From the IMG/VR virus record IMGVR_UViG_3300036805_000175, positions 12,654-76,653 of that record: a stretch of DNA of 64,000 bases; one strand, written 5' to 3'. This stretch comes from a virus (Duplodnaviria; Caudoviricetes). How positions within the stretch are numbered: the first letter of the stretch is position 1; each line of letters begins with the position of its first letter. Shown one piece after another: positions 54,335-63,262 of this stretch. A program made the position numbers and the translations under genes. The notes under the pieces were generated by a model. It was not told the origin of the DNA, made no database searches, and was given only the letters and a program-made list of their open reading frames with translations.

Positions 54335-54888
54335 CACGCAGTCACCGCCAGTGGTTTCGTCCTGCGGAGTCCCCATGTGGCAGGGCCGGCCGCGAACTGC
54401 ACCCACACCTTGCCGAGCACGAGCCCCGCGACTGCGGCAGCACCGGACGGCAGGCCGGCCAGGTGCAGGAACAGCACCGAGTCAACGACAGCGGCCACGC
54501 AGCCGGACGCGACCACGGCGGGCACGAACCAGCGCTTCTGCAGCGGCGTGTAGACCGCCATGTCCGCCGACTCCGAGCACAGGTAGGTGAGCCCGGACGC
54601 GACCGCGATGTGCGGGTCAGAGATGCGCCAGGAGATGAGCGCGCCGACGAGGATGGCCGCGATGCCGAGCCACCGGCCGCCGAGCCGCTGCGTCACGTCC
54701 CGGGCCGGGAAGGACACCGCGGCGGCCCACACACCGGAGGGGGCCAGCAGGCCGAAGCCGACCGGGGTCAGGTGCACGCCGGGGCCAGCGGGGATGCCCA
54801 CGTGCACGATGAGCGCGTTACTCAGCACGATCGCGGCGACGTAGACGGCGAACGCGGCAGCGGCCCACCAGCGGAGTTGCCTGCCCAT
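54334..54888 (-). CDS. yhhQ: VUT-family (YhhQ) preQ0/preQ1 transporter
   Basis: LSN..RDVTQRLGG..IAVASGLTYLCSESADMAVYTPL..VDSVLFLHLA. Confidence 0.85.
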   Translation of the reverse strand: MGRQLRWWAAAAFAVYVAAIVLSNALIVHVGIPAGPGVHLTPVGFGLLAPSGVWAAAVSFPARDVTQRLGGRWLGIAAILVGALISWRISDPHIAVASGLTYLCSESADMAVYTPLQKRWFVPAVVASGCVAAVVDSVLFLHLAGLPSGAAAVAGLVLGKVWVQFAAGPATWGLRRTKPLAVTA

Positions 54889-55367
54889 CACGCCACCGCC
54901 CCAGCGGGAGCCTCGAACGCGTACCCGCCGTCTGCCGTCAGCCAGGCCGTGATGCCCGAGCCGCCCGCGCTGTGCAGCATGACCGGGACGAGTGCGGGAC
55001 TCTCCCACGAGTGCAGCCAGTACCCGGCGCCGTTCATGTCCCTGTCGCGGTCCTCGGCCTTGCGGTGGCAGCCGGGCGAGGTGGCCGAGCCGCACAGCGT
55101 TACCAGGTTCTCCGGGCTGTTGCCGCCGCCCTGGCCACGGGCCACGCGGTGCTGTATAGACCACCAGGTGCCCGGGATGCCCACCGGCTTGCCGCAGGCG
55201 CAGCACTGGAATTGGTCGCGCTCGAGCACGAGCGCCCGGGTGGCGCGGTCCGGCCCGGTGTCCCGCTGCGGCTTGCGCGCGGTCTGTGTCCTCGCTGGCG
55301 CGGTCGTGGCCTTGAGTGGTGTCCTGGCCTTGAGGGGAGTTCGCCGGGCCAGCGGTGTGCGCCTCAC
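54888..55367 (-). CDS. HNH endonuclease
   Basis: VLERDQFQCCACG..QHRVARGQGG..NLVTLCG..GCH. Confidence 0.8.
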   Translation of the reverse strand: MRRTPLARRTPLKARTPLKATTAPARTQTARKPQRDTGPDRATRALVLERDQFQCCACGKPVGIPGTWWSIQHRVARGQGGGNSPENLVTLCGSATSPGCHRKAEDRDRDMNGAGYWLHSWESPALVPVMLHSAGGSGITAWLTADGGYAFEAPAGAVA

Positions 55368-55597
55368 GCCAGCTCTCCGTCCGGCGTCGTGGCCCAGCCC
55401 TTCGGCCGTTCCACCGGGGGCAGGTCGTCGACGGCGTTCACAAGGTCGCGGCAGGCGAGTTCCAGTGCCGTCTCCAGCTTCGGCAGCAGCCCGGCCGCCC
55501 TCGGGTCGTCGGCTATGTGACGCTCGGCGGCGATGATGTCCGCGGCGATGGTGATGACCCGCTGCAGGGCCTCCTTGCGGGCTTCGCGGCCGTTCAC
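55364..55597 (-). CDS. Hypothetical protein
   Basis: GTGA coupling. Confidence 0.6.
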   Translation of the reverse strand: MNGREARKEALQRVITIAADIIAAERHIADDPRAAGLLPKLETALELACRDLVNAVDDLPPVERPKGWATTPDGELA

Positions 55598-55974
55598 GCT
55601 GCCACTCCCGCAGCTGTCCACATACTCCGGATGTTCGAGTTGACGGCCATCGCCGCGAACAGCTCCCGGTCCAGCGCCTTCGCGGTCCGCTCGGCGTACC
55701 TGAACGCGATCTCGGCGTCCTCAGCCCTGGCCCGGTGCGGCATCGTCTCGATTGTCGCCGCGGCCTTGCGCTGGTACTCGGGGCCATCGGCGCGCTGCAT
55801 CTCCTTGGCCCACACCAGGTCGAAGTCCCGCTTCTTCGCCTTCATCTCCTTCTCCGCGTTGGTGACGACGCGCACGCCCTTGGCGATGCGGTCCTTGACC
55901 TCGCGGATCCAGCGCTCCGACTCAGCAGGATTCAGTACCGGAACCTGGTCGCTGCTCTCCTCAGTCACCGCCAT
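55594..55974 (-). CDS. Helical hypothetical protein
   Basis: GC3-rich; recombination module. Confidence 0.65.
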   Translation of the reverse strand: MAVTEESSDQVPVLNPAESERWIREVKDRIAKGVRVVTNAEKEMKAKKRDFDLVWAKEMQRADGPEYQRKAAATIETMPHRARAEDAEIAFRYAERTAKALDRELFAAMAVNSNIRSMWTAAGVAA

Positions 55975-56467
55975 CACCACCCGCCGGGAGGGCGAGCACT
56001 GCGCTCAGGTCGATGTCCCCGTTCCGCCACGCGGCGGCGATGGCCGCTTCGGCTTCCTTGGTGAGTTCCACCCGGATCACCGGGTCACCCTCGGATGCCT
56101 CTACGCCGGGGACCGGGATGACCTCGCCGGTCTCCGCGTCCACAAGGCCGCCGTGCTCCTTCACGGACTTGCGCACCGTGTCGGCATAGGACGGCCGGAC
56201 CTGGCGGATGGTCTCCATCTGGTCGGGGCAGTGCTCCTCCACCCAGGCCAGGAATTTGAGCTGGTTCGTGATGGATGCCCGCACGGTGGGCCTGGGCCGG
56301 GACACGATGCCGGCGGTCACGCCGTCCAGGACTACCGGGATCCGGCTGGACACCGGCAGCGCCCGCACCGCGCCGGGCTCGAGTTCGCCCCGGCGGGCGC
56401 CGACGATCCGCTCGGTCAGCCACTTGGCGATGACCAGCAGCCGGGCCTGCTCGAACTCGGCGCTCAT
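55961..56467 (-). CDS. Hypothetical recombination-module protein
   Basis: VDAETGEVIPVPGV; ATGA coupling to ERF. Confidence 0.65.
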   Translation of the reverse strand: MSAEFEQARLLVIAKWLTERIVGARRGELEPGAVRALPVSSRIPVVLDGVTAGIVSRPRPTVRASITNQLKFLAWVEEHCPDQMETIRQVRPSYADTVRKSVKEHGGLVDAETGEVIPVPGVEASEGDPVIRVELTKEAEAAIAAAWRNGDIDLSAVLALPAGGDGGD

Positions 56468-57234
56468 GATGCCGTCGGCTCGGGTGTCTTGCCGTTGCTG
56501 GCCTGGTCTGCCTGTGCCTTGGCCTTCGCGGGCAGCCCCAGGTCCTGGCCCCGGCTGCGGATCTGGGCCTTGATCTGCCCGAAGTGCTCATCGGTGCACT
56601 TGCCGCTCTCGTGCACCGCGGCGGCCTCATGCCAGTACTTGTTGAGCGTGTCCGCGTCCGTGGCGGACGCGATGCGCTCGCTGGTGATGTCGCTGAACCA
56701 GTCCATGTCCGTGACCGGCTCACCCTGCGGTGATGTCTCCCACTGAGCCGGCTCGGCGCTGGGCTGCTGCCGCTGGGCGCGCTGCACGGGTGGCGCGTTC
56801 CGCCAGTCCTCCGTCTGCGCCGGGTGCGCTTGCTCCGCCGCCGCGCCGTCGTCGTCCTCACCCTCGGGCACGGCACCCGTGATGGCGCACAGTGCGTAGC
56901 GACGCGCGTAGGTCACTGCGGAGCCGAGCTGCTGCGGCGTGCCAGTGGACAGCGGATACTGGCCGTCCTCACGCTCGCCGCTCTCGTGCAGCAGCGAGTA
57001 CGTGAGCACGAACTGGCCACTTCCGGTCATCGTGGGGCGCGCACTGAACGACAGCCCATGCTTGCCAAGCAGCGGCAGGACGATGCGGGACACGGCAGCC
57101 AGGTCGGCATACTTGTGCTTGCGGGTGCCGGCCTGGCCTTCAGCGTTGCGCTCGATTGGCTTGAGTTCGGCCTGCACCTTCGCCAGTGCGGCGAACAGGC
57201 TGCTTCCCGTCGTTGCGCTCTTGGTCTCGCTCAT
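56464..57234 (-). CDS. erf: ERF-family ssDNA annealing protein
   Basis: YADLAAV..LGKHGL..QQLGSAVTYARRYALCAITG..EDDDG. Confidence 0.9.
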   Translation of the reverse strand: MSETKSATTGSSLFAALAKVQAELKPIERNAEGQAGTRKHKYADLAAVSRIVLPLLGKHGLSFSARPTMTGSGQFVLTYSLLHESGEREDGQYPLSTGTPQQLGSAVTYARRYALCAITGAVPEGEDDDGAAAEQAHPAQTEDWRNAPPVQRAQRQQPSAEPAQWETSPQGEPVTDMDWFSDITSERIASATDADTLNKYWHEAAAVHESGKCTDEHFGQIKAQIRSRGQDLGLPAKAKAQADQASNGKTPEPTAS

Positions 57235-57596
57235 TTCTCCCCGTCCCCGTTCATCAAGGCGTGCAGCAGCTTCTCCGCGTCCTTCCCGTAGCGCCCGGCG
57301 GCCACTTCCTGCCGTTCCTCCTGGCACGCCCACGTCAGGTCTGGCGCGCATTCCTGCCACCGCTCGTCCCCGCCGCGGATAGCGGCAGCGAGACGCAGGA
57401 CGAACTGGTACTCGCGGAACCGTTCCTCCCGCAGTTCGCGGGTGAGGCCGGGGTGTGCCCAGCCTTCGAGGAGCTGCTGGCGCTCAGGGCCGTAGCTGTC
57501 CCAGTCCCGGGCGAGCCCTTCCAGCCCCGCGCGCCGCTCAGCGTCTGTCGCAGGGCGCCCGAGGCAGACGGCACGCATGCCCGTGGTGGTGCTCAC
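57231..57596 (-). CDS. Hypothetical protein
   Basis: Coupled gene run. Confidence 0.55.
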   Translation of the reverse strand: MSTTTGMRAVCLGRPATDAERRAGLEGLARDWDSYGPERQQLLEGWAHPGLTRELREERFREYQFVLRLAAAIRGGDERWQECAPDLTWACQEERQEVAAGRYGKDAEKLLHALMNGDGEK

Positions 57597-58462
57597 GACT
57601 GCGCCCCGTCCTCGCTGCTGTCCTTCTGGTCACCGGCCGGCAGCGGGTCCGCCTCGTCCAGCGCCTCGTCGTCCTGCCGCTCCGAGGGGGAAGTCCCCGG
57701 CCCGGGGGATGCGCCTGGGCCGGGCCGGGGACGCTCTGGCTCCGCAGCGGCAGGACCGTGATCCGGGTGGCCGCCCGGTGCCGCTGCGGAGGTCTCTTCG
57801 TTGTGCGCGGCCTCGAACGCGGCCATGTGTGCCTTGGCGCCGGGGTCAAGCTCACCGATGGGCTCCGGGGCGGGGGCGGGCACGAGTTTCCCGGTGGCGG
57901 AGTCCAGCACGTACCGCGGCGACGGGAAGGTCATCCCGTGGGCTTCGTAGCCCCTGACCATGCTGGCGAGGGCGCTGCTGCGCTCAGGATCTACGGTGCC
58001 GGGCTCGTCGCTGGCGTCTTCGCCCTGTGCGGGCGGTGTGCAGTCGTGCCCGGTCTCCTGGTCGAACGTGTCCCCGCACGCCGGGCAGGCCCACATCTCA
58101 CCGGGCCCCCCGGTTGCTGGCGGAGCCTCGTCGTGGACGAGCATGGCCTTCGCGGCCATCTCCCGGGCCTCATCCGGTCCCAGGGCGGCCATCTGGGCGG
58201 TGATCCGCGCCACGACGCCGCCGGGGGCGTCCAGGTGCCAGTGCGGCGCGCACGCCGGGCACACCCGCCACGGGCCGTCGATGACCCACCCGGCGGCGTA
58301 GGCGCGGAGTTTCAGGTCGGCGGGGAAGGTGGCCATCTCCGGGTCGGTGAAGGTCGCGCCGCACGGGTCGCAGGTGAGCACGTGCAGGTCGGCCAGCGTG
58401 AGGATGCGCTTGGGCGGCTCCGTGGCCTTTGCCGCCGTCTTGCGGGAGCGGGTGGTGGTCAT
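57593..58462 (-). CDS. Hypothetical protein with Zn-ribbons and acidic tail
   Basis: CDPCG, CPAC, CPACG. Confidence 0.6.
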   Translation of the reverse strand: MTTTRSRKTAAKATEPPKRILTLADLHVLTCDPCGATFTDPEMATFPADLKLRAYAAGWVIDGPWRVCPACAPHWHLDAPGGVVARITAQMAALGPDEAREMAAKAMLVHDEAPPATGGPGEMWACPACGDTFDQETGHDCTPPAQGEDASDEPGTVDPERSSALASMVRGYEAHGMTFPSPRYVLDSATGKLVPAPAPEPIGELDPGAKAHMAAFEAAHNEETSAAAPGGHPDHGPAAAEPERPRPGPGASPGPGTSPSERQDDEALDEADPLPAGDQKDSSEDGAQS

Positions 58463-58827
58463 ATCGACCGCCCCCCGTGCCTGTAGGCCCGGGTGCGGTT
58501 GTATTCCATCTTCCGCTCGTACTCGGCTTCCAGGTCGATGCCGAAGATGGCGCAGTCATCAAGCAGGCGGATAAGCACGTCGGCGAACTCGCTGCCAACT
58601 CCCTCGGGCTTAGCCAGCCCATGGCCGATGTCGAGCCCGTGCGGATTGAGGTCGTAGTCCGTCGCATCCCTGGTGCCCCAGGAGCGCCACGCCTCCAGCG
58701 CTTCGCTGACCTCGCTGTGCAGCAGGGCCATCGCCTCGCCGAAGCTGACCGGATTCTCCCGCCAGCCTTTGGCCTCGCAGTAGGCGTCGACTTCCTTGGT
58801 CATCTCGGCCAGCGTCTTGGCGGTCAT
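58459..58827 (-). CDS. MazG-like nucleotide pyrophosphohydrolase
   Basis: ALLHSEVSEALEA..SEFADVLIR..KMEYNRTRAYRHG. Confidence 0.85.
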   Translation of the reverse strand: MTAKTLAEMTKEVDAYCEAKGWRENPVSFGEAMALLHSEVSEALEAWRSWGTRDATDYDLNPHGLDIGHGLAKPEGVGSEFADVLIRLLDDCAIFGIDLEAEYERKMEYNRTRAYRHGGRSI

Positions 58828-59102
58828 GCCGCACCTCCGAGCACGCCGTGCCAGAGCAACTGCACCTCGGCCACCCGCCCGTACACGACGCTCCCCGCCG
58901 AGCGGTCCACCTTGCCCTCGAAGGTCAGCCACGGCCCGTAGTCGAGGACGACCTCCCGGTGGGTGTCGTCGCCGAAGTGGACACCGAGCAGGGCCACGTT
59001 CGCGTCGGGGCAGTTCACCTGGCGGCCGGTGACCGTGTGCGGGGAGATGTGCACCACGTCACCGGGCAGCAGGCTCATCGCCCGCACGCCGTGGGCGCTC
59101 AT
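58824..59102 (-). CDS. Hypothetical protein
   Basis: ATGA coupling. Confidence 0.55.
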   Translation of the reverse strand: MSAHGVRAMSLLPGDVVHISPHTVTGRQVNCPDANVALLGVHFGDDTHREVVLDYGPWLTFEGKVDRSAGSVVYGRVAEVQLLWHGVLGGAA

Positions 59103-59308
59103 GACTGGCCACCGTTCAGCAGGGCCAGCACCTCGGCCTCGTAGTAGCGGCGGTGGCCGCCCGGTGTGCGGACAGCCGACAGCTTGCCGGCCTTCGCCCA
59201 GCGCGTGACTGACTTCGGATCCACCCTCAGCCGCGCGGCGACCTCGGCCGGGGTCAGCAGGGGCTCGTATTCGCCCCCGCCGTCTGTGTGCTTGATGACG
59301 GTAGCCAT
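59099..59308 (-). CDS. bldC: BldC-like MerR-type HTH protein
   Basis: EPLLTPAEVA..RVDPKSVTRWAKAGKL..RTPGGHRRY.EAEV.ALL. Confidence 0.8.
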   Translation of the reverse strand: MATVIKHTDGGGEYEPLLTPAEVAARLRVDPKSVTRWAKAGKLSAVRTPGGHRRYYEAEVLALLNGGQS

Positions 59309-59407
59309 CTCGGCTGTCCTTCTTCCTTTTCTGTTACCGTTGGAGCGGCCCATCTCGGCCGCTGCCCCGCCGCTCCTCGCTCGCTTGCGGCGGGGCACAT
59401 TCTGTTG

Positions 59408-59668
59408 TCAGGCCGCGTCCGGGCCCGTCTCGCCGGTGCTGGTCTTGGCGTTCTGCTGCAGCCGCCGCGCCGCGTCACGCACGGTGCCCGTGGGTGCGCT
59501 GCCGTCACGCTTGCCGCGCTGGGCACCGAGCTCAAACGCCTCGCCCGCAGACTGGGCTGCCACGCTCAGCGCCCCGGGGTCGGCCACCTCGGCCGGGAAG
59601 CCCTGGGCCTCAGCGGTGGAGACGGCGGTCTCGGCGATGTAGGCGTCCAGGTCGTCGCGGGCGGTCAT
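59408..59668 (-). CDS. Hypothetical protein
   Basis: ATGA coupling. Confidence 0.55.
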   Translation of the reverse strand: MTARDDLDAYIAETAVSTAEAQGFPAEVADPGALSVAAQSAGEAFELGAQRGKRDGSAPTGTVRDAARRLQQNAKTSTGETGPDAA

Positions 59669-59997
59669 GACATGGCTTCCGGGATGGAGTCCTTCTTGAC
59701 CAGCCAGCCGTGGGAGACGTTGTAGCGGTGGATCTCCTGGTAGCCGTCAACCCACTCACCGATGAAGGTGAGGAGCGTGCCGCCAGCGAAACCGGGTTCC
59801 GGTGCCAGCGGCTCGCGGCGCAGCCGGGTCACCTTGCGGAACCGCTGCTTGCGCAACTGCTCCTCTTCGCCGCCGCTGTAGGAGCGCCGCATCGCGCGGT
59901 CCTCGATGAGCACGAGCATGCCCTCGCGGATGTCGTCCCTGAAGAGGATCACGTCCTCGGCCGGGTTCATCCGGTAGTCGGCAACGGTGGTGGTCAT
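59665..59997 (-). CDS. Hypothetical protein
   Basis: ATGA coupling to cro. Confidence 0.6.
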   Translation of the reverse strand: MTTTVADYRMNPAEDVILFRDDIREGMLVLIEDRAMRRSYSGGEEEQLRKQRFRKVTRLRREPLAPEPGFAGGTLLTFIGEWVDGYQEIHRYNVSHGWLVKKDSIPEAMS

Positions 59998-60248
59998 GAC
60001 GCACGCTCCGCGCTGTCGCCGGTCCCAGCCGGCAGTGCGACCAGTTCGTCAACAGTCAGGCCGAGGACTTTGGCGAGCACGGGGACGACCCGTGGCGAGC
60101 AGCCGAGGCCGCCGCTCTCAATCTTGGACAGCAGATTGTCCATGACGGGCTGGCCGAGTATCTCGGCGCACTGGTCGGCGACTTCCTTCTGGGTGAGCCC
60201 CTTGCGGAGGCGCACCACGCGGACCAGTTCGCCGTTGACTGCTGCCAT
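59994..60248 (-). CDS. Cro-like XRE HTH regulator
   Basis: VRLRKGLTQKEVAD..LSKIESG; divergent from the repressor. Confidence 0.85.
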   Translation of the reverse strand: MAAVNGELVRVVRLRKGLTQKEVADQCAEILGQPVMDNLLSKIESGGLGCSPRVVPVLAKVLGLTVDELVALPAGTGDSAERAS

Positions 60249-60254
60249 GCACCC

Positions 60255-60283
60255 AAGCTACCGGTAAGTTCCGGTATAGACAA
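60255..60283 (-). promoter_or_regulatory. Leaderless lytic promoter TTGTCT-17-TAGCTT with operator-like TACCGG repeats
   Basis: -35 at 60283-78 and -10 at 60260-55, 6 nt before the cro ATG; CCGGTA/TACCGG recurs at ~60259, ~60271, ~60376 and ~60394. Confidence 0.75.
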
Positions 60284-60421
60284 GGGGAAGCCGGCAATGA
60301 GACGTAAGCGCGACACAAGCACAATGGGTCGCGGCGGCCTGCTTCCTTGCGCCACCGGGAATCCGGGCTAGTATCCCGGTAGGAAGCGGTAACTACCGGA
60401 GACCGGCAGGAGACTCCCGCC

Positions 60422-61054
60422 ATGGCCCCACTGGATGCTGAACGCCAGCGGCTCGCCGACTTCATGGAAGACCGGCGAGCCGATCTGCGGCTGCGCTGGG
60501 AAGACGTCGCCGCTGCTGGCGGCATCTCCGTCAAGGCGCTCCACGACGTGCGCAACGGCACCGGCCGCCCGCGCCGCAACACGCTGCGCGGCATCGACGC
60601 CGGCCTGCAGTGGGAACCCGGCTCAGCCGAGCGCATCCTGGCCGGCGGCGGCCCGCGTCCGGCCAATTCGTGGCCGCTCGGCCGCCTGCTGGAGCAGCGC
60701 CGCATCGAGCTCGACCCCGCATGGATCAGCGGGGACCAGTTCGCCGCCTACCACGGCCTGCAGCCGTCCTTCGTCGATGCGGTCGAGCGGGGCGCGTGGC
60801 CCCGGTTCACCGCCGAGGAAGCCCAGGACATCGAGCGCGCCTACCAACTCGAGCCAGATTCCTGGCCCGGGAGCCTGTCCACCGGCAAGCTGGTGCCGGC
60901 TGGCAGCGTCCCGGACGCCGGGCCGGGCCTGGACGGCCAGGCTGCCGAGCACCTGCGGCGGACGCCCGGCGCGAGCGAGGCCGAGATCGCGGCCTACCTG
61001 GAGATCCTGCACGCCTTCAGCCCGGCCCGTGAGGCAGCCGCCCGCCGCGCCTAG
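60422..61054 (+). CDS. Immunity repressor with two tandem XRE-like domains
   Basis: RRADLRLRWEDVAAAGGIS..LQWEPGS and RRIELDPAW..AYQLEPDS; AGGAG RBS. Confidence 0.8.
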   Translation: MAPLDAERQRLADFMEDRRADLRLRWEDVAAAGGISVKALHDVRNGTGRPRRNTLRGIDAGLQWEPGSAERILAGGGPRPANSWPLGRLLEQRRIELDPAWISGDQFAAYHGLQPSFVDAVERGAWPRFTAEEAQDIERAYQLEPDSWPGSLSTGKLVPAGSVPDAGPGLDGQAAEHLRRTPGASEAEIAAYLEILHAFSPAREAAARRA

Positions 61055-61217
61055 GCCCGCACGGTACGGTACGTCTGGTTAGGCCCTGGTCCCTGCGCCG
61101 GGGGCACTTATTACTCAAGTGGGCAATTGTTAGCACGGCAGTGGATACTGGTCTCGGCGGAAGGGCACTTGCTCCGCCACGCCGCAGGGCGCGGAGGCTA
61201 AGTCCACTTTTAAAGGG

Positions 61218-62213
61218 CTAGACCCGCACGCAGACCCGGATCCCCAGCAGGTCCAGGTGGCACACCAGCCGGGTAGCCGGCTTCACCACATGCAGCACCC
61301 GGCTCACCACCGGGTGCGGTGACCCCGGCAGCGGCGGCACGCTGACCGTCACGCTCACCGAGGGCAGCGGCAGCGGCGGGGATGACGGCACGGGGGACGG
61401 CACCGGCACCGTGGGCCCGGGGGAAGCCGCTGGTGCCGGTGCCGGGTCAGTGGAGCCGGCCGCGCCCGGCGCGTGCACGGTGCGCTGGACGCGCGCCGAG
61501 GCGTTCATCCCCGCTGGCGCGTGGCCCGGGCTCCCGCTGCCGCCGCGCGCTGAAGACGGCAGCGGGAGTGCTGATGCCGGCGTCCCCGCTGCCGCCGGAG
61601 GGGGCGTGGTGGCGTGCGTGGGCACGCCCGGCGGGGCGAAGGCCACCACGGCCGCCGTTCCCGCCGCGAGGGCGGTGGCACCCGCGGAGGTAGCCAGCGC
61701 GTGCGCCCGCAGCCCGGCCACCGCACCGCCCACCCCGGCCAGCACCGGCAGCACCGCGGACGCGGGCCGGCGGGCACCGAGAGCCCGCTGCGCGCACCGC
61801 ACCGCCCCGGCCCCGGCCACGCCCGGCAGCGTGGACACGCAGACGGCCAGCTTCCCCTCGCGGCGTTTCGCCACCGCCTCCACGCCGGGCGGCAGCTGGT
61901 CGGTGCGCCGGGGCATCTGCCGCGGCGACCTGGGGGTGAGCCCGTCCAGCACGGCCGCGGTCATCCGCCACGCCCGCGCCGGGTCCTCCGGCCGGTCCCG
62001 GCCGAGCACCACGGCCGCGCCGCCGCCGAGGAGCACGGCCTGGTGGCGTCCGTTCTGCGGGGAAGCCATGGCGAGCGCGAACGGCGGCGGGATGTCCCCG
62101 CCGTCCCCCTTGGACGCTGCGAAGGCGGCCAGCGCGGCCCGCGCGGCGGCCAGCTGGCGCTCCAGCTCGGCGATGCGCTGCTGTGCGTCATCCGGACGGG
62201 GGCCTGCATGCAT
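61218..62213 (-). CDS. Membrane-anchored protein: cytoplasmic N-terminus, TM, Pro-rich exported tail
   Basis: GGGAGG RBS; coiled-coil start; hydrophobic TSAGATALAAGTAAVVAF; P/S-rich C-terminus. Confidence 0.55.
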   Translation of the reverse strand: MHAGPRPDDAQQRIAELERQLAAARAALAAFAASKGDGGDIPPPFALAMASPQNGRHQAVLLGGGAAVVLGRDRPEDPARAWRMTAAVLDGLTPRSPRQMPRRTDQLPPGVEAVAKRREGKLAVCVSTLPGVAGAGAVRCAQRALGARRPASAVLPVLAGVGGAVAGLRAHALATSAGATALAAGTAAVVAFAPPGVPTHATTPPPAAAGTPASALPLPSSARGGSGSPGHAPAGMNASARVQRTVHAPGAAGSTDPAPAPAASPGPTVPVPSPVPSSPPLPLPSVSVTVSVPPLPGSPHPVVSRVLHVVKPATRLVCHLDLLGIRVCVRV

Positions 62214-62558
62214 GACCGCGCACCCTCCCAGCATCATCGGCGGACAGTGACCGCCCGGGTACGCAAACGGTAACTTACCCCCGCTGCTGGAGGATTGCAC
62301 CAGATTGGCGCCAGAAAGATCCGGGCGGCAGCGGGGCCGGCGGCGGGAATACCCTTGAGGGGTTGCGTACCCGGGTTCCCGCCGCCGGCGCTCGATCGTG
62401 AGCCAGAGGCCAGCCGCCCACGTGCGCGTGCATCCCGGGACGTGCAGGGTGCAGCCGCCGAGCACCCGGCTGCCTGCGGTAACCGTGCCATCCCCGTCAC
62501 GCACATGCGCACCGCTGCACCATATGTCATGCTTTGCCCCCCGTGCAAGGGATCTCGC

Positions 62559-62801
62559 TCACCGTGATTCGCTGCCCTCGCCCGTGCGTGCGAGCGCCTG
62601 AAGTATTGACGCGCGGAGCTCGCCCGGGGTTGACCCGTGCGCGGAGGCAAGGCCGCCGTCCGGGGGGCTCACGCCCGCCCGGCCGACCTTGCGGGCGTGG
62701 TAGCCGCCGGGCACGGGCCAGCATGCCCAGCCCTGGCCGCGGAACTCCTCCCGGACCTGGTCCAGGTCCGGCTCCGGCCGTCCGCCCCAGGCGTCGCCCA
62801 T
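62559..62801 (-). CDS. Small hypothetical protein divergent from GntR
   Basis: EEFRGQGWACWPVPGGYHAR..TPGELRASI. Confidence 0.5.
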   Translation of the reverse strand: MGDAWGGRPEPDLDQVREEFRGQGWACWPVPGGYHARKVGRAGVSPPDGGLASAHGSTPGELRASILQALARTGEGSESR

Positions 62802-62932
62802 AACGCTGCGTGACCGCCTGGTATCGTTCGCACCGACGCACGGTACAACCTGAACAGCCTGCGTGTCCAGGTTAACCGGGGCATCTGTGCCGACGGGGCC
62901 AGCCAAGCCGGCCGGTACAACGGGGGACCATC

Positions 62933-63184
62933 ATGGAGATCGACCGGTTCGGCGACCGCCCGGCCTACGTCCAGATCGCGGACTGGCTGCGGGAGCAGAT
63001 CACCAGCGGGACGTACGGGCCTGATGACCGGCTGCCCAGCAAGAAGGAACTGCGCCAGCAACTAGGCATCGGCAGTGAGACCTTTGACAAGGCCATGCGC
63101 ATCCTGCGCGATGAGGGCCTGGTCCGCACGGCGCGCGGGCTCGGCCACTACCCCGTCCCGCGTGACCAGTGGCCAGCAGGGTAA
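62933..63184 (+). CDS. GntR-family winged-HTH regulator
   Basis: PAYVQIADWLREQITSG..RLPS..EL..LRDEGLV..GLG. Confidence 0.9.
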   Translation: MEIDRFGDRPAYVQIADWLREQITSGTYGPDDRLPSKKELRQQLGIGSETFDKAMRILRDEGLVRTARGLGHYPVPRDQWPAG

Positions 63185-63262
63185 CCAGGATGACCGGCAC
63201 GACCTGGACCACCGGGACACCCCGGCGTACGGTGAGAGTTGACCCGAGCAAGGGAGCCTCCC

